From assembly GCA_964016885.1 (NCBI GenBank), contig OZ024754.1, forward strand, positions 19,654,001 to 19,718,000: a DNA stretch of 64,000 nt. Reading direction: 5' to 3'. The notes below the pieces were generated by a model. That model was not told the DNA's origin and searched no databases. It saw only the letters and a program-made list of their open reading frames with translations. Numbering within the stretch: position 1 is the stretch's first letter; each line of letters opens with the position of its first letter. Position numbers and translations under genes: made by a program. Shown here in pieces: positions 11,501 through 26,639 of the stretch. This stretch comes from Eledone cirrhosa (lineage: Eukaryota).

Positions 11501-14222
11501 CACAGTCTCAGATCAAGTCACTTGTCAGACATGTACAACAGTGGCTAAAATGACTCTTCCATGATATAGTTACTTTAGTTTGAACACAGTCTTAGATCAA
11601 TCACTTGCCAGACATGTACAATTGTGGCTAAAATAACTCTTCCATGATATAGTTACTTTAGTTTCAACACAATCTCAGATCAAGTCACTTACCATACATG
11701 TACAACTGTAGCTAACATGACTCTTCCATGATATAGTTACTTTAGTTTCAACACAGTCTTTGATCAAGTCACTTGCCAGACATGTACAACTGTGGCTAAA
11801 ATGACTCTTCCATGATATAGTTACTTTAGTTTCAACACAGTCTCAGATCAAGTCACTTGCCAGACATGTACAACTGTGAGTAAATTGATTCTTCCATGAT
11901 ATAGTTACTTGAGTTTCAACACAATCTCAGATCAAGTCACTTGCCAGACATGTACAACTGTGACTAAAATGACTCTTCCATGATATAGTTACTTTAGTTT
12001 CAACACAATCTCAGATCAAGTCACTTACCATACATGTACAACTGTAGCTAACATGACTCTTCCATGATATAGTTACTTTAGTTTCACCATACTCTCAGAT
12101 CAAGTCACTTACCAGACATGTACAACTGCTGCTAAAATGACTCTTCCATGATATAGTTACTTCAGATTCAACACAGTCTCAGATCAAGTCACTTGCCAGA
12201 CATGTACAACTGTGGCTAAAATGACTCTTCCATGATATAGTTACTTTAGTTTCAACACAGTCACAAATCAAGTCACTTACCATGGATGTACAACTGTGGC
12301 TAAAATGACTCTTCCATGATATAATTACTTTAGTTTCAACATAGTCTCAGATCAAGTCACTTGTCAGACATGTACAACTGTGGCTAAAATGACTCTTCCA
12401 TGATATAGTTACTTTAGTTTCAACACAGTCTCAGATCAAGTCATTTGCCAGACATGTACAACTGTGGCTAAAATGACTGTTCCATGATATAGTTACTTTA
12501 GTTTCAACACAGTCTCAGATAAAGTCCCTTGCCAGGCATCTACAACTGTGGCTAAAATGACTCTTCCATGATATAGTTACTTTAGTTTGAACACAGTCTT
12601 AGATCAAGTCACTTGCCAGACATGTACAACTGTGGCTAAAATAACTCTTCCATGATATAGTTACTTTAGTTTCAACACAGTCTCAGATAAAGTCACTTGC
12701 CAGACATGTACAACTGTGGCTAAAATAACTCTTCCATGATATAGTTACTTTAGTTTCAACACAGTCTCAGATAAATTCCCTTGCCAGGAATCTACAACTG
12801 TGGCTAAAATGACTCTTCCATGATATAGTTACTTTAGTTTCAACACATTCACAGATCAAGTCACTTGCCAGATATGTACAACTGTGGCTAAAATGACTAT
12901 CCATGATATAGTTACTTTAGTCTCAACACAGTCACAGATCAAGACACTTGCCAGACATGTACAACTGTGGCTAACATGACTCTTCCATGATATAGTTACT
13001 TCAGTTTGAACACAGTCTTAGATCAAGTCACTTACCAGACATGTACAACTGAGGCTAAAATGAATCTTCAATGATATAGTTACTTTAGTTTCACCACAGT
13101 CACAGATCAAGTCACTTGACAGACATGTACAACTGTAGCTAAAATGAATCTTCCATGATATAGTCCTTTAGTTACAACACAGTCTCAGATCAAGTCACTT
13201 GCCAGACATGTACAACTGTGGCTAAAATCACTCTTCCATGATATAGTTACTTTAGTTTCAACACAGTCTTTGATCAAGTCACTTGCCAGACATGTACAAC
13301 TGTCGCTAAAATAACTCTTCCATGATATAGTTACATTAGTTTCAACACAGTCTCAGATCAAGTCACTTGCCAGACATGTACAACTGTGACTAAATTGATT
13401 CTTCCATGATATAGTTACTTTAGTTTCAACACAATCTCAGATCAAGTCACTTGCCAGACATGTACAACTGTGACTAAAATGACTCTTCCATGATATAGTT
13501 ACTTTAGTTTCAACACAATCTCAGATCAAGTCACTTACCATACATGTACAACTGTAGCTAACATGACTCTTCCATGATATAGTTACTTTAGTTTCAACAC
13601 AGTCTCAGATCAAGTCACTTACCAGACATGTACAACCGCTGCTAAAATGACTCTTCCATGATATAGTTACTTCAGATTCAACACAGTCTCAGATCAAGTC
13701 ACTTGCCAGACATGTACAACTGTGGCTAAAATGACTCTTCCATGATATAGTTACTTTAGTTTCAACGCAGTCACAAATCAAGTCACTTACCATGGATGTA
13801 CAACTGTGGCTAAAATGACTCTTCCATGATATAGTTACTTTAGTTTCAACATAGTCTCAGATCAAGTCACTTGTCAGACATGTACAACTGTGGCTAAAAT
13901 GACTCTTCCATGATATAGTTACTTTAGTTTGAACACAGTCTTAGATCAAGTCACTTGCCAGACATGTACAACTGTGGCTAAAATAACTCTTCCATGATAT
14001 AGTTACTTTAGTTTCAACACAGTCTCAGATCAAGTCATTTGCTAGACATGTACAACTGTGGCTAAAATGACTGTTCCATGATATAATTACTTTAGTTTCA
14101 ACACAGTCTCAGATAAAGTCCCTTGCCAGGCATCTACAACTGTGGCTAAAATGACTCTTGCATGATATAGTTACTTTAGTTTGAACACAGACTTAGATCA
14201 AGTCACTTGCCAGACATGTACA
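5512..14222. repeat. Large duplication with 59-monomer period (4950 bp): ~5512-9272 matches ~10462-14222
   Basis: The rare variant GTTTCACCATACTCTC occurs at 7131 and 12081, and ATAAATTCCCTTGCCAGGAA at 7821 and 12771. 4950 = 59x84 - 6 deletions. I noticed four mismatches over ~3.7 kb (near 5961, 6809, 6995, 9194). Confidence 0.92.
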
Positions 14223-17200
14223 GCTGTAGCTAAAATGAATCTTCCATGATATAGTCCTTTAGTTACAACACAGTCTCAGATCAAGTCACTTGCCAGACAT
14301 GTAGAACTGTGGCTAAAATCACTCTTACATGATATAGTTACTTTAGTTTCAACACGGTCTCAGATCATGTCACTTGCCAGACATGTACAACTGTAGCTAA
14401 AATGACTCTTCCATGATATAGTTACTTTAGTTTCAACACAGTCTCAGATCAAGTGACTTGCCAGACATGTACAACTGTGGTTAAAATGACTCTTCCATGA
14501 TATAGTTACTTTAGTTTCACCACAGTCACAGATCAAGTCACTTGCCATACCTGTACAACTGTGGCTAAAATGACTCTTCCATGATATAGTTACTTTAGTT
14601 TCACCACAGTCACAGATCAAGTGACTTGCCAGACATGTACAACTGTGGGTAAAATGACTCTTCCATGATATAGTTACTTTAGTTTCAACACAGTCTTAGA
14701 TCAAGTCACTTGCCAGACATGTACAGCTGTAGCTAAAATGAATCTTCCATGATATAGTCCTTTAGTTACAACACAGTCTCAGATCAAGTCACTTGCCAGA
14801 CATGTAGAACTGTGGCTAAAATCACTCTTACATGATATAGTTACTTTAGTTTCAACACAGTCTTTGATCAAGTCACTTGCCAGACATGTACAACTGTGGC
14901 TAAAATGACTCTTCCATGATATAGTTACTTTAGTTTCAACACAGTCTCAGATCAAGTCACTTGTCAGACATGTACAACAGTGGCTAAAATGACTCTTCCA
15001 TGATATAGTTACTTTAGTTTGAACACAGTCTTAGATCAAGTCACTTGCCAGACATGTACAACTGTGGCTAAAATAACTCTTCCATGATATAGTTACTTTA
15101 GTTTCAACACAGTCTCAGATAAAGTCACTTGCCAGACATGTACAACTGTGGCTAAAATAACTCTTCCATGATATAGTTACTTTAGTTTCAACACAGTCTC
15201 AGATAAATTCCCTTGCCAGGAATCTACAACTGTGGCTAAAATGACTCTTCCATGATATAGTTACTTTAGTTTCAACACATTCACAGATCAAGTCACTTGC
15301 CAGATATGTACAACTGTGGCTAAAATGACTATCCATGATATAGTTACTTTAGTCTCAACACAGTCACAGATCAAGACACTTGCCAGACATGTACAACTGT
15401 GGCTAACATGACTCTTCCATGATATAGTTACTTCAGTTTGAACACAGTCTTAGATCAAGTCACTTACCAGACATGTACAACTGAGGCTAAAATGAATCTT
15501 CAATGATATAGTTACTTTAGTTTCACCACAGTCACAGATCAAGTCACTTGACAGACATGTACAACTGTAGCTAAAATGAATCTTCCATGATATAGTCCTT
15601 TAGTTACAACACAGTCTCAGATCAAGTCACTTGCCAGACATGTACAACTGTGGCTAAAATCACTCTTCCATGATATAGTTACTTTAGTTTCAACACAGTC
15701 TTTGATCAAGTCACTTGCCAGACATGTACAACTGTCGCTAAAATAACTCTTCCATGATATAGTTACATTAGTTTCAACACAGTCTCAGATCAAGTCACTT
15801 GCCAGACATGTACAACTGTGACTAAATTGATTCTTCCATGATATAGTTACTTTAGTTTCAACACAATCTCAGATCAAGTCACTTGCCAGACATGTACAAC
15901 TGTGACTAAAATGACTCTTCCATGATATAGTTACTTTAGTTTCAACACAATCTCAGATCAAGTCACTTACCATACATGTACAACTGTAGCTAACATGACT
16001 CTTCCATGATATAGTTACTTTAGTTTCAACACAGTCTCAGATCAAGTCACTTACCAGACATGTACAACCGCTGCTAAAATGACTCTTCCATGATATAGTT
16101 ACTTCAGATTCAACACAGTCTCAGATCAAGTCACTTGCCAGACATGTACAACTGTGGCTAAAATGACTCTTCCATGATATAGTTACTTTAGTTTCAACGC
16201 AGTCACAAATCAAGTCACTTACCATGGATGTACAACTGTGGCTAAAATGACTCTTCCATGATATAGTTACTTTAGTTTCAACATAGTCTCAGATCAAGTC
16301 ACTTGTCAGACATGTACAACTGTGGCTAAAATGACTCTTCCATGATATAGTTACTTTAGTTTGAACACAGTCTTAGATCAAGTCACTTGCCAGACATGTA
16401 CAACTGTGGCTAAAATAACTCTTCCATGATATAGTTACTTTAGTTTCAACACAGTCTCAGATCAAGTCATTTGCTAGACATGTACAACTGTGGCTAAAAT
16501 GACTGTTCCATGATATAATTACTTTAGTTTCAACACAGTCTCAGATAAAGTCCCTTGCCAGGCATCTACAACTGTGGCTAAAATGACTCTTGCATGATAT
16601 AGTTACTTTAGTTTGAACACAGACTTAGATCAAGTCACTTGCCAGACATGTACAGCTGTAGCTAAAATGAATCTTCCATGATATAGTCCTTTAGTTACAA
16701 CACAGTCTCAGATCAAGTCACTTGCCAGACATGTAGAACTGTGGCTAAAATCACTCTTACATGATATAGTTACTTTAGTTTCAACACGGTCTCAGATCAT
16801 GTCACTTGCCAGACATGTACAACTGTAGCTAAAATGACTCTTCCATGATATAGTTACTTTAGTTTCAACACAGTCTCAGATCAAGTGACTTGCCAGACAT
16901 GTACAACTGTGGTTAAAATGACTCTTCCATGATATAGTTACTTTAGTTTCACCACAGTCACAGATCAAGTCACTTGCCATACCTGTACAACTGTGGCTAA
17001 AATGACTCTTCCATGATATAGTTACTTTAGTTTCACCACAGTCACAGATCAAGTGACTTGCCAGACATGTACAACTGTGGGTAAAATGACTCTTCCATGA
17101 TATAGTTACTTTAGTTTCAACACAGTCTTAGATCAAGTCACTTGCCAGACATGTACAGCTGTAGCTAAAATGAATCTTCCATGATATAGTCCTTTAGTTA

Positions 17201-17471
17201 CAACACAGTCTCAGATCAAGTCACTTGCCAGACATGTAGAACTGTGGCTAAAATCACTCTTACATGATATAGTTACTTTAGTTTCAACACAGTCTTTGAT
17301 CAAGTCACTTGCCAGACATGTACAACTGTGGCTAAAATGACTCTTCCATGATATAGTTACTTTAGTTTCAACACAGTCTCAGATCAAGTCACTTGTCAGA
17401 CATGTACAACAGTGGCTAAAATGACTCTTCCATGATATAGTTACTTTAGTTTGAACACAGTCTTAGATCAA
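12548..17471. repeat. Tandem duplication of a 29-monomer block (period 2432 bp)
   Basis: ATAAATTCCC at 12771 and 15203. The TGTCGCT, TTACATTAG, ACCGCTGC and CACGGTCTC variants recur in the same order. 2432 = 29x84 - 4. Confidence 0.92.
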
Positions 17472-20129
17472 TCACTTGCCAGACATGTACAATTGTGGCT
17501 AAAATAACTCTTCCGTGATATAGTTACTTTAGTTTCAACACAGTCTCAGATAAAGCCACTTGCCAGACATGTACAACTGTGGCTAAAATGACTGTTCCAT
17601 GATATAGTTACTTTAGTTTCAACACAGTCTCAGATCAAGTCACTTTCCAGACATGTACAACTGTGAGTAAATTGATTCTTCCATGATATAGTTACTTGAG
17701 TTTCAACACAATCTCAGATCAAGTCACTTACCAGACATGTACAACTGTGACTAAAATGACTCTTCCATGATATAGTTACTTTAGTTTCAACACAATCTCA
17801 GATCAAGTCACTTACCATACATGACAACTGTAGCTAACATGACTCTTCCATGTTATAGTTACTTTAGTTTCAACACACTCTCAGATCAAGTCACTTACCA
17901 GACATGTACAGCTGCTGCTAAAATGACTCTTCCATGATATAGTTACTTCAGATTCAACACAGTCTCAGATCAAGTCACTTGCCAGACATGTACAACTGTG
18001 GCTAAAATGACTCTTCCATGATATAGTTACTTTAGTTTCAACACAGTCACAAATCAAGTCACTTACCATGGGTGTACAACTGTGGCTAAAATGACTCTTC
18101 CATGATATAGTTACTTTAGTTGAACACAGTCTTAGATCAAGTCACTTGCCAGACATGTACAACTGTGGCTAAAATAACTCTTCCATGATATAGTTACTTT
18201 AGTTTCAATACAGTCTCAGATACAGTCACTTGCCAGACATGTACAACTGTGGCTAAAATAACTCTTCCATGATATAGTTACTTTAGTTTCAACAGAGTCT
18301 CAGATAAATTCCCTTGCCAGGCATCTACAACTGTGGCTAAAATGACTCTTCCATGATATAGTTACTTTAGTTTCAACACATTCACAGATCAAGTCACTTG
18401 CCAGATATGTACAACTGTGGCTAAAATGACTATCCATGATATAGTTACTTTAGTCTCAACACAGTCACAGATCAAGACACTTGCCAGACATGTACAACTG
18501 TGGCTAACATGACTCTTCCATGATATAGTTACTTTAGTTTGAACACAGTCTTAGATCAAGTCACTTACCAGACATGTACAACTGAGGCTAAAATGACTCT
18601 TCAATGATATAGTTACTTTAGTTTCACCACAGTCACAGATCAAGTCACTTGACAGACATGTACAACTGTAGCTAAAATGACTCTTCCATGATATAGTTAC
18701 TTTAGTTTCAACACATTCGAAGATCAAGTCACTTGCCAGACATGTACAACTGTGGCTAAAATGACTCTTCCATGATATAGTTACTTTAGTTTCAACACAG
18801 TCACGGATCAAGACACATACCAGACATGTACAACTGTAGCTAAAATGACTCTTCCATGATATAGTTACTTTAGTTTCAACACAGTCTCAGATCAAGGGAC
18901 TTGCCAGGCATGTACAACTGTGGTTAAAATGACTCTTCCATGATATAGTTACTTTAGTTTCACCACAGTCACAGATCAAGTCACTTGCCATACATGTACA
19001 ACTGTGGGTAAAATGACTCTTCCATGATATAGTTACTTTAGTTTCACCACAGTCACAGATCAAGTCACTTGCCAGACATGTACAACTGTGGCTAAAATGT
19101 CTCTTCCATGATATAGTTACTTTAGTTTCAACACAGTCTCAGATCAAGTCACTTGCCAGACATGTACAACTGTAGCTAAAATGAATCTTCCATGATATAG
19201 TCCTTTAGTTACAACACAGTCTCAGATCAAGTCACTTGCCAGACATGTACAACTGTGGCTAAAATCACTCTTCCATGATATAGTTACTTTAGTTTCAACA
19301 CAGTCTTTGATCAAGTCACTTGCCAGACATGTACAACTGTGGCTAAAATGACTCTTCCATGATATAGTTACTTTAGTTTAAACACAGTCTCAGATCAAGT
19401 CACTTGCCAGACATGTACAACTGTTGCTAAAATGACTCTTCCATGATATAGTTACTTTAGTTTCAACACAGTCTCAGATCAAGTCACTTGTCAGACATGT
19501 ACAACTGTGGCTAAAATGACTCTTCCATGATATAGTTACTTTTGTTTGAACACAGTCTTAGATCAAGTCACTTGCCAGATATGTACAACTGTGACTAAAT
19601 TGATTCTTCCATGATATAGTTACTTTAGTTTCAACACAGTCTCAGATCAAGTCACTTACCAGACATGTACAACTGCTGCTAAAATGACTTTTCCATGATA
19701 TAGTTACTTCAGATTCAACACAGTCTCAGATCAAGTCACTTGCCAGACATGTACAACTGTGGCTAAAATGACTCTTCCATGATATAGTTACTTTAGTTTC
19801 AAGACAGTCACAAATCAAGTCACTTACCATGGATGTACAACTGTGGCTAAAATGACTCTTCCATGATATAGTTACTTTAGTTTCAACACAGTGTCAGATA
19901 AAGTTACTTGCCAGGCATGTACAACTGTGACTAAAATGACTCTTCCATGATATAGTTACTTTAGTTTAAACACAGTCTCAGATCAAGTCACTTGCCAGAC
20001 ATGTACAACTGTTGCTAAAATGACTCTTCCATGATATAGTTACTTTAGTTTCAACACAATCTCAGATCAAGTCACTTGCCAGACATGTACAACTGTGACT
20101 AAAATGACTCTTCCATGATATAGTAACTT

Positions 20130-23100
20130 TAGTTTCAACACAATCTCAGATCAGGTCACTTACCATACATGTACAACTGTAGCTAACATGACTCTTCCAT
20201 GATATAGTTACTTTAATTTCAACACAGTCTCAGATCAAGTCACTTACCAGACATGTACAACTGCTGCTAAAATGACTCTTCCATGATATAGTTACTTCAG
20301 ATTCAACACAGTCTCAGTTCAAGTCACTTGCCAGACATGTACAACTGTGGCTAAAATGACTCTTCCATGATATAGTTACTTTAGTTTCAACACAGTCCGA
20401 GATCAAGTGACTTTCCAGACATGTACAACTGTGGCTAAAATGACTCTTCCATGATATAGTTACTTTAGTTTCAACACAGTGTCAGATAAAGTTACTTACC
20501 AGGCATGTACAATTGTGGCTAAAATGACTATCCATGATATAGTTACTTTAGTTTCAACACAGTCACGGATCAAGACACTTACCAGACATGTAAAACTGCA
20601 GCTAACATGACTGTTCCATGATATAGTTACTTTAGTTTCAACACAGTCCGAGATCAAGTGACTTTCCAGACATGTACAACTGTGGCTAAAATGACTCTTC
20701 CATGATATACTTACTTTAGTTTCAACACAATCTCAGATCAAGTCACTTGCCAGGGATGTACAACTGTAACTAAAATGACTCTTCCATGATATAGTTACTT
20801 AAGTTTCAACACAGTCACAGATCAAGTCACTTGCCAGACATGTGCAACTGTGGCTAAAATGACTCTACCATGATATAGTTACTTTAGTTTCAACACAGTC
20901 TCAGATCAAGTCACTTGCCAGACATGTACAACTGTGGCTAAAATGACTCTTCCATGATATAGTTACTTTAGATTGGACACAGTCTCAGATCAAGTCACTT
21001 GCCAGACATGTACAACTGTGGCTAAAATCACTCTTCCATGATATAGTTACTTTAGTTTCAACACAGCCTTTGATCAAGTCACTTGCCAGACATGTACAAC
21101 TGTGGCTAAAATGACTCTTCCATGATATAGTTACTTTAGTTTCAACACTGTCTCAGATCAGGTCACTTGCCAGACATGTACAACTGTTGCTAAAATGACT
21201 CTTTCATGATATAGTTACTTTAGTTTGAACACAGTCTTAGATCAAGTCACTTGCCAGACATGTACAATTGTGGCTAAAATAACTCTTCCATGATATAGTT
21301 ACTTTAGTTTCAACACAGTCTCAGATCAAGTCACTTGCCAGACATGTACAACTGTGGCTAAAATGACTGTTCCATGATATAGTTACTTTAGTTTCAACAC
21401 AGTCTCAGATCAAGTCACTTGCCAGACATGTACAACTGTGACTAAATTGATTCTTCCATGATATAGTTACTTTAGTTTCAACACAATCTCAGATCAAGTC
21501 ACTTGCCAGACATGTACAACTGTGGATAAAATGACTCTTCCACGATATAGTTACTTTAGTTTCAACACAGTCTCAGATCAAGTCACTTGCAGACAAGTAC
21601 AACTGTTGCTAAAATGACTCTTCCATGATATAGTTACTTCAGATTCAACACAGTCTCAGATCATGTCACTTGCCAGACATGTACAACTGTGGCTAGAATG
21701 AATCTTCAATGATATAGTTACTTTAGTTTCAACACAATCTCAGATCAAGTCACTTGCCAGGGATGTACAACTGTAACTAAAATGACTCTTCCATGATATA
21801 GTTACTTAAGTTTCAACACAGTCACAGATCAAGTCACTTGCCAGACATGTGCAACTGTGGCTAAAATGACTCTTCCATGATATAGTTACTTTAGTTTCAA
21901 CACAGTCTCAGATCAAGTCACTTGCCAGACATGTACAACTGTGGCTAAAATGACTCTTCCATGATATAGTTACTTTAGATTGGACACAGTCTCAGATCAA
22001 GTCACTTACCAGACATGTACAACTGAGGCTAAAATGACGCTTCCATGATATAGTTACTTTAGTTTCACCACAGTCACAGATCAAGTCACTTGCCAGACAT
22101 GTACAACTGTGGCTAGAATGAATCTTCAATGATATAGTTACTTTAGTTTCAACACAATCTCAGATCAAGTCACTTGCCAGACATCTACAACTGGGGCTAA
22201 AATGACTCTTCCCTGATACAGTTACTTTAGTTTGAACACAGTCTTAGATCAAGTCACTGACCAGACATGTACAACTGTGGCTAAAATGACTCTTCCATGA
22301 TATAGTTACTTTTGTTTCAACACAGTCTCAGATCAAGTCACTTGCAGACATGTACAACTGTGGCTAAAATGACTCTTCCATGATATAGTTACTTTAGTTT
22401 CAACACAGTCTCAGATCAAGTCACTTGCCAGACATGTACAACTGTTGCTAAAATGACTCTTCCATGATATAGTTACTTCAGATTCAACACAACCTCAGAT
22501 CAAGTCACTTGTCAGACATCTAAAAACTGTGGCTAAAATGACTCTACCATGATATAGTTACTTTAGTTTCAACACAGTCACAGATCAAGTCACTTGCCAG
22601 ACATCTACAAGTGTAGCAAAAATGACTCTTCAATGATATAGTTACTTTAGTTTCAACACAATCTCAGATCAAGTCACTTGCCAGGGATGTACAACTGTAA
22701 CTAAAATGACTCTTCCATGATATAGTTACTTTAGTTTCAACACAGTCACAGATCAAGTCACTTGCCAGACATCTACAAGTGTAGCAAAAATGACTCTTCA
22801 ATGATATAGTTACTTTAGTTTCAACACAATCTCAGATCAAGTCACTTGCCAGGGATGTACAACTGTAACTAAAATGACTCTTCCATGATATAGTTACTTA
22901 AGTTTCAACACAGTCACAGATCAAGTCACTTGCCAGACATGTACAACTGTAGCTAAAATGAATCTTCCATGATATAGTACTTTAGTTACAACACAGTCTC
23001 AGATCAAGTCACTTGCCAGACATGTACAACTGTGGCTAAAATCACTCTTCCATGATATAGTTACTTTAGTTTCAACACAGCCTTTGATCAAGTCACTTGC

Positions 23101-26099
23101 CAGACATGTACAACTGTGGCTAAAATGACTCTTCCATGATATAGTTACTTTAGTTTCAACACAATCTCAGATCAGGTCACTTACCATACATGTACAACTG
23201 TAGCTAACATGACTCTTCCATGATATAGTTACTTTAATTTCAACACAGTCTCAGATCAAGTCACTTACCAGACATGTACAACTGCTGCTAAAATGACTCT
23301 TCCATGATATAGTTACTTCAGATTCAACACAGTCTCAGTTCAAGTCACTTGCCAGACATGTACAACTGTGGCTAAAATGACTCTTCCATGATATAGTTAC
23401 TTTAGTTTCAACACAGTCCGAGATCAAGTGACTTTCCAGACATGTACAACTGTGGCTAAAATGACTCTTCCATGATATAGTTACTTTAGTTTCAACACAG
23501 TGTCAGATAAAGTTACTTACCAGGCATGTACAATTGTGGCTAAAATGACTATCCATGATATAGTTACTTTAGATTGGACACAGTCTCAGATCAAGTCACT
23601 TGCCAGACATGTACAACTGTGGCTAAAATGACTCTTCCATGATATACTTACTTTAGTTTGAACACAATCTCAGATCAAGTCACTTGCCAGGGATGTACAA
23701 CTGTAACTAAAATGACTCTTCCATGATATAGTTACTTAAGTTTCAACACAGTCACAGATCAAGTCACTTGCCAGACATGTGCAACTGTGGCTAAAATGAC
23801 TCTACCATGATATAGTTACTTTAGTTTCAACACAGTCTCAGATCAAGTCACTTGCCAGACATGTACAACTGTGGCTAAAATGACTCTTCCATGATATAGT
23901 TACTTTAGATTGGACACAGTCTCAGATCAAGTCACTTGCCAGACATGTACAACTGTGGCTAAAATCACTCTTCCATGATATAGTTACTTTAGTTTCAACA
24001 CAGCCTTTGATCAAGTCACTTGCCAGACATGTACAACTGTGGCTAAAATGACTCTTCCATGATATAGTTACTTTAGTTTCAACACTGTCTCAGATCAGGT
24101 CACTTGCCAGACATGTACAACTGTTGCTAAAATGACTCTTTCATGATATAGTTACTTTAGTTTGAACACAGTCTTAGATCAAGTCACTTGCCAGACATGT
24201 ACAATTGTGGCTAAAATAACTCTTCCATGATATAGTTACTTTAGTTTCAACACAGTCTCAGATCAAGTCACTTGCCAGACATGTACAACTGTGGCTAAAA
24301 TGACTGTTCCATGATATAGTTACTTTAGTTTCAACACAGTCTCAGATCAAGTCACTTGCCAGACATGTACAACTGTGACTAAATTGATTCTTCCATGATA
24401 TAGTTACTTTAGTTTCAACACAATCTCAGATCAAGTCACTTGCCAGACATGTACAACTGTGGATAAAATGACTCTTCCACGATATAGTTACTTTAGTTTC
24501 AACACAGTCTCAGATCAAGTCACTTGCAGACAAGTACAACTGTTGCTAAAATGACTCTTCCATGATATAGTTACTTCAGATTCAACACAGTCTCAGATCA
24601 TGTCACTTGCCAGACATGTACAACTGTGGCTAGAATGAATCTTCAATGATATAGTTACTTTAGTTTCAACACAATCTCAGATCAAGTCACTTGCCAGGGA
24701 TGTACAACAGTAACTAAAATGACTCTTCCATGATATAGTTACTTAAGTTTCAACACAGTCACAGATCAAGTCACTTGCCAGACATGTGCAACTGTGGCTA
24801 AAATGACTCTTCCATGATATAGTTACTTTAGTTTCAACACAGTCTCAGATCAAGTCACTTGCCAGACATGTACAACTGTGGCTAAAATGACTCTTCCATG
24901 ATATAGTTACTTTAGATTGGACACAGTCTCAGATCAAGTCACTTACCAGACATGTACAACTGAGGCTAAAATGACGCTTCCATGATATAGTTACTTTAGT
25001 TTCACCACAGTCACAGATCAAGTCACTTGCCAGACATGTACAACTGTGGCTAGAATGAATCTTCAATGATATAGTTACTTTAGTTTCAACACAATCTCAG
25101 ATCAAGTCACTTGCCAGACATCTACAACTGGGGCTAAAATGACTCTTCCCTGATACAGTTACTTTAGTTTGAACACAGTCTTAGATCGAGTCACTGACCA
25201 GACATGTACAACTGTGGCTAAAATGACTCTTCCATGATATAGTTACTTTTGTTTCAACACAGTCTCAGATCAAGTCACTTGCAGACATGTACAACTGTGG
25301 CTAAAATGACTCTTCCATGATATAGTTACTTTAGTTTCAACACAGTCTCAGATCAAGTCACTTGCCAGACATGTACAACTGTTGCTAAAATGACTCTTCC
25401 ATGATATAGTTACTTCAGATTCAACACAACCTCAGATCAAGTCACTTGTCAGACATCTAAAAACTGTGGCTAAAATGACTCTACCATGATATAGTTACTT
25501 TAGTTTCAACACAGTCACAGATCAAGTCACTTGCCAGACATCTACAAGTGTAGCAAAAATGACTCTTCAATGATATAGTTACTTTAGTTTCAACACAATC
25601 TCAGATCAAGTCACTTGCCAGGGATGTACAACTGTAACTAAAATGACTCTTCCATGATATAGTTACTTTAGTTTCAACACAGTCACAGATCAAGTCACTT
25701 GCCAGACATCTACAAGTGTAGCAAAAATGACTCTTCAATGATATAGTTACTTTAGTTTCAACACAATCTCAGATCAAGTCACTTGCCAGGGATGTACAAC
25801 TGTAACTAAAATGACTCTTCCATGATATAGTTACTTAAGTTTCAACACAGTCACAGATCAAGTCACTTGCCAGACATGTACAACTGTAGCTAAAATGAAT
25901 CTTCCATGATATAGTACTTTAGTTACAACACAGTCTCAGATCAAGTCACTTGCCAGACATGTACAACTGTGGCTAAAATCACTCTTCCATGATATAGTTA
26001 CTTTAGTTTCAACACAGCCTTTGATCAAGTCACTTGCCAGACATGTACAACTGTGGCTAAAATGACTCTTCCATGATATAGTTACTTTAGTTTCAACAC
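20130..26099. repeat. Tandem duplication of a 36/35-monomer block (offset 3021 bp, then 2937 bp)
   Basis: GTCTCAGTTC at 20311 and 23332 (3021). CACGATATAG at 21541 and 24478, and the TAAAAACTG insertion at 22521 and 25458 (both 2937). The second copy is one monomer shorter near 23570-23640. Confidence 0.9.
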
Positions 26100-26639
26100 T
26101 GTCTCAGATCAGGTCACTTGCCAGACATGTACAACTGTTGCTAAAATGACTCTTTCATGATATAGTTACTTTAGTTTGAACACAGTCTTAGATCAAGTCA
26201 CTTGCCAGATATGTACAATTGTGGCTAAAATAACTCTTCCATGATATAGTTACTTTAGTTTCAACACAGTCTCAGATCAAGTCACTTGCCAGACATGTAC
26301 AACTGTGGCTAAAATGACTCTTCCATGATATAGTTACTTTAGTTTCAACACTGTCTCAGATCAGGTCACTTGCCAGACATGTACAACTGTTGCTAAAATG
26401 ACTCTTTCATGATATAGTTACTTTAGTTTGAACACAGTCTTAGATCAAGTCACTTGCCAGACATTTACAATTGTGGCTAAAATAACTCTTCCATGATATA
26501 GTTAGTTTGGTTTCAACACAGTCTCAGATCAAGTCACTTGCCAGACATGTACAACTGTGACTAAATTGATTCTTCCATGATATAGTTACTTTAGTTTCAC
26601 CACAGTCACAGATCAAATCAATTGCCAGACATGTACAAC

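Noticed and set aside
18551-18811. 86-aa minus-strand ORF with Cys/His-rich 28-aa repeats
   Set aside because: It is three consecutive satellite monomers in which the consensus TGA is mutated. It has no unique sequence, no ATG start, and Cys/His spacing that does not match C2H2.
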